Shown piece after piece: positions 14,517 to 16,195 of a stretch of DNA of 16,195 bases. Numbering within the stretch: position 1 is the stretch's first letter; every line of letters begins with the position of its first letter. A model generated the notes under the pieces. It saw only the letters and a program-made list of their open reading frames with translations. It searched no databases and was not told the DNA's origin. Source of the stretch: a virus (taxonomy: Duplodnaviria > Heunggongvirae > Uroviricota > Caudoviricetes); IMG/VR virus record IMGVR_UViG_2537561991_000020. The stretch is one strand, 5' to 3'. Made by a program: the position numbers and the translations under genes.

Positions 14517-15575
14517 ATGGCTAATACTGTAAAAATATCCAGTTGTGAGTTAATCAACGCTGATTGCCTGGAATTTATCCAGACCTTACCGGAAAACTCT
14601 GTCGATCTGATAGTCACAGACCCGCCATACTTTAAAGTGAAGCCCGAGGGCTGGGATAACCAGTGGAAGGGCGACGATGATTACCTGAAGTGGCTGGACC
14701 AGTGTCTGGCGCAGTTCTGGCGGGTGCTGAAACCTGCCGGAAGTCTTTACCTGTTCTGTGGTCATCGCCTGGCATCTGATATCGAAATCATGATGCGTGA
14801 ACGCTTCAGTGTGCTGAACCATATTATCTGGGCGAAGCCGTCCGGACGCTGGAACGGATGCAACAAGGAAAGCCTGCGGGCGTATTTCCCCGCCACAGAG
14901 CGCATTCTGTTCGCGGAACATTATCAGGGGCCGTATCGTCCGAAAGATGCCGGGTATGCGGCGAAGGGCAGTGCACTGAAACAGCATGTGATGGCCCCGC
15001 TGATTTCTTACTTTCGTGATGCGCGCGCGGCCCTGGGGATAACGGCAAAACAGATTGCAGATGCCACAGGAAAGAAAAACATGGTGTCGCACTGGTTCAG
15101 TGCCAGTCAGTGGCAGCTACCGAACGAAAGCGATTATCTGAAATTACAGTCGCTGTTTGCCCGGGTGGCAGAAGAGAAACATCAGCGGGGAGAACTGGAA
15201 AAGTCCCATTACCAACTGGTCAGCACATACAGTGAGCTGAACCGGCAGTATATGGAACTGCTGAGTGAATATAAGCATCTGCGGCGGTATTTTGGCGTGA
15301 CGGTGCAGGTGCCGTATACCGATGTGTGGACGCATAAACCGGTGCAGTTCTATCCCGGGAAACATCCGTGCGAAAAACCGGCAGAAATGCTGCAGCAGAT
15401 AATCAGCGCTAGCAGTCGTCCGGGTGACCTGATTGCAGATTTTTTCATGGGGTCGGGTTCGACAGTGAAAGCGGCACTGGCGCTCGGGCGTCGTGCAATT
15501 GGCGTTGAGCTGGAGACTGAACGTTTTGAGCAGACGGTTCGGGAAGTACAGGATTTAGTCAGCCAGAACGGATGA
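14517..15575 (+). CDS. Orphan DNA methyltransferase (N6-adenine/N4-cytosine type; DPPY motif before the FxGxG AdoMet motif)
   Basis: 352-aa ORF with DPPY catalytic motif (VTDPPYF) near the N-terminus and AdoMet-binding motif DFFMGSGST near the C-terminus. No adjacent restriction endonuclease gene. Confidence 0.8.
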   Translation: MANTVKISSCELINADCLEFIQTLPENSVDLIVTDPPYFKVKPEGWDNQWKGDDDYLKWLDQCLAQFWRVLKPAGSLYLFCGHRLASDIEIMMRERFSVLNHIIWAKPSGRWNGCNKESLRAYFPATERILFAEHYQGPYRPKDAGYAAKGSALKQHVMAPLISYFRDARAALGITAKQIADATGKKNMVSHWFSASQWQLPNESDYLKLQSLFARVAEEKHQRGELEKSHYQLVSTYSELNRQYMELLSEYKHLRRYFGVTVQVPYTDVWTHKPVQFYPGKHPCEKPAEMLQQIISASSRPGDLIADFFMGSGSTVKAALALGRRAIGVELETERFEQTVREVQDLVSQNG

Positions 15576-15615
15576 TATTGAAGAATTAATTACGCGTCGT
15601 TATTATGCGGCTCCC

Positions 15616-15691
15616 GGCCCTTTAGCTCAGTGGTGAGAGCGAGCGACTCATAATCGCCAGGTCGCTGGTTCAAATCCAGCAAGGGCCACCA
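15616..15691 (+). tRNA. tRNA with CAU anticodon (tRNA-Ile2, ileZ-like, or tRNA-Met)
   Basis: Cloverleaf folded by hand: acceptor ggccctt/aagggcc, anticodon loop ctCATaa, T-loop ggttcaaatcc, discriminator A and encoded CCA. Confidence 0.85.
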
Positions 15692-15698
15692 TCACATA

Positions 15699-15775
15699 CC
15701 GCTATTAGCTCATCAGGAAAGAGCGCCAGCCTTCGAAGCTGGCTGCGCGGGGTTCAAGTCCCCGATGGCGGTCCA
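15699..15775 (+). tRNA. tRNA-Arg (anticodon UCG), argN-like
   Basis: Acceptor ccgctat/atggcgg (one G-U pair), anticodon stem ccagc/gctgg with loop cTTCGaa (U33, anticodon UCG), T-arm cgggg-ttcaagt-ccccg, encoded CCA. Confidence 0.75.
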
Positions 15776-15788
15776 TTATCTGCATCAT

Positions 15789-15865
15789 GCGTTGTTAGCT
15801 CAGCCGGACAGAGCAATTGCCTTCTAAGCAATCGGTCACTGGTTCGAATCCAGTACAACGCGCCA
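15789..15865 (+). tRNA. tRNA-Arg (anticodon UCU), argO-like
   Basis: Acceptor gcgttgt/acaacgc, anticodon loop cTTCTaa (anticodon UCU), T-loop ggttcgaatcc, encoded CCA. Confidence 0.85.
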
Positions 15866-15880
15866 CACTTATTTTCCCTG

Positions 15881-15904
15881 GCTCGCTTTTGCGGGCTTTT
15901 TTTT
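15881..15904 (+). terminator. Rho-independent terminator after the tRNA cluster
   Basis: Stem gctcgc/gcgggc (one G-U pair), loop tttt, followed by an 8-T run. Confidence 0.45.
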
Positions 15905-15992
15905 AAATGTCTCACAATTCAGACGGTTGACAGTTGTCTGTTTTGCGGGGAGTTTGTTAAAAGAAACTGGCATGGTGAATCCCCCTGTGCGG

Positions 15993-16195
15993 CTGTCTCT
16001 TGATCAGATCTCCTGATCAAGAGACTTCATCACCAGGTAACCCTCAACCATATCCTGAAGTCTGAACCAGCCATCCCACATGACTACCCAACCGGGGCGA
16101 CCGGTGCGTTTGCTGTCATGCCATCGCCCCAGTTTCGCCAGTTTCAGACAGGCCCATTTCAGTGTCGGCATCTGTGACGGAAGCGGTTTTCCTTC
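15993..16195 (-). mobile_element. End of an IS4-family (IS50/Tn5-like) insertion sequence; the element continues beyond the window
   Basis: The 19-mer ctgtctcttgatcagatct (15993-16011) matches the IS50 inside end as I recall it, including two GATC sites. The adjacent minus-strand ORF encodes a C-terminus homologous to Tn5 transposase. Confidence 0.6.
16004..16195 (-). CDS. IS4-family (Tn5 Tnp-like) transposase, C-terminal 63 codons; 5' part outside the window
   Basis: Hand translation of the minus strand gives ...LKWACLKLAKLGRWHDSKRTGRPGWVVMWDGWFRLQDMVEGYLVMKSLDQEI*, which parallels the Tn5 Tnp C-terminus (...LQWAYMAIARLGGFMDSKRTGIASWGALWEGWEALQSKLDGF...). The stop codon lies inside the terminal repeat, as in IS50. 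Confidence 0.6.
   Translation of the reverse strand, partial: EGKPLPSQMPTLKWACLKLAKLGRWHDSKRTGRPGWVVMWDGWFRLQDMVEGYLVMKSLDQEI

Noticed and set aside
14308-15365. ORFs 14308..14532 (+), 14342..14524 (+), 14586..15092 (-), 14824..15048 (-), 15144..15365 (-)
   Set aside because: The first two span a terminator hairpin and an untranslated gap with no ribosome-binding site; the others are antisense within the methyltransferase gene.
15866-15992. Shiga toxin genes or other cargo immediately downstream of the tRNA trio
   Set aside because: Only about 125 bp of non-coding sequence with a terminator precedes the IS end; there is no ORF resembling stxA or stxB in the window.
15993-16195. Possibility that this is Tn5/IS50 itself (for example a laboratory transposon insertion)
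   Set aside because: The terminal 19-mer matches the IS50 IE, but the encoded transposase C-terminus differs substantially from Tn5 Tnp as I recall it, so a natural IS50-family relative is more likely. An ISfinder search would settle it.

Overview
This window looks like the early-to-late-promoter segment of a lambdoid prophage from an E. coli-like Enterobacteriaceae genome, in the Qin/dic family. Gene calls rest on protein motifs and my recall of E. coli K-12 sequences; no database search was possible. Left to right: a 5'-truncated IS1 (insA/insB), a partial tRNA-Ser 3' segment that is probably the att junction, then on the minus strand int, a putative xis, an 823-aa DnaQ-like exonuclease, ydfD, dicB, dicF sRNA, ydfC, ydfB, ydfA and the cI-like repressor dicA. 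On the plus strand follow cro-like dicC, a YdaT-like gene, a replication initiator with internal iterons, a 135-aa hypothetical, an AT-rich cargo insert carrying a standalone SIR2-like gene plus a 29-codon hydrophobic ORF, hokD, a Rem-like ORF, a DUF968/YdfU-like gene, rusA, a Q-like antiterminator with terminator, a DPPY DNA methyltransferase, a three-tRNA cluster (CAU, Arg-UCG, Arg-UCU) and the end of an IS50-like element. The best candidate for an undescribed system is the low-GC SIR2-like gene, which sits where K-12 Qin carries relBE upstream of hokD.
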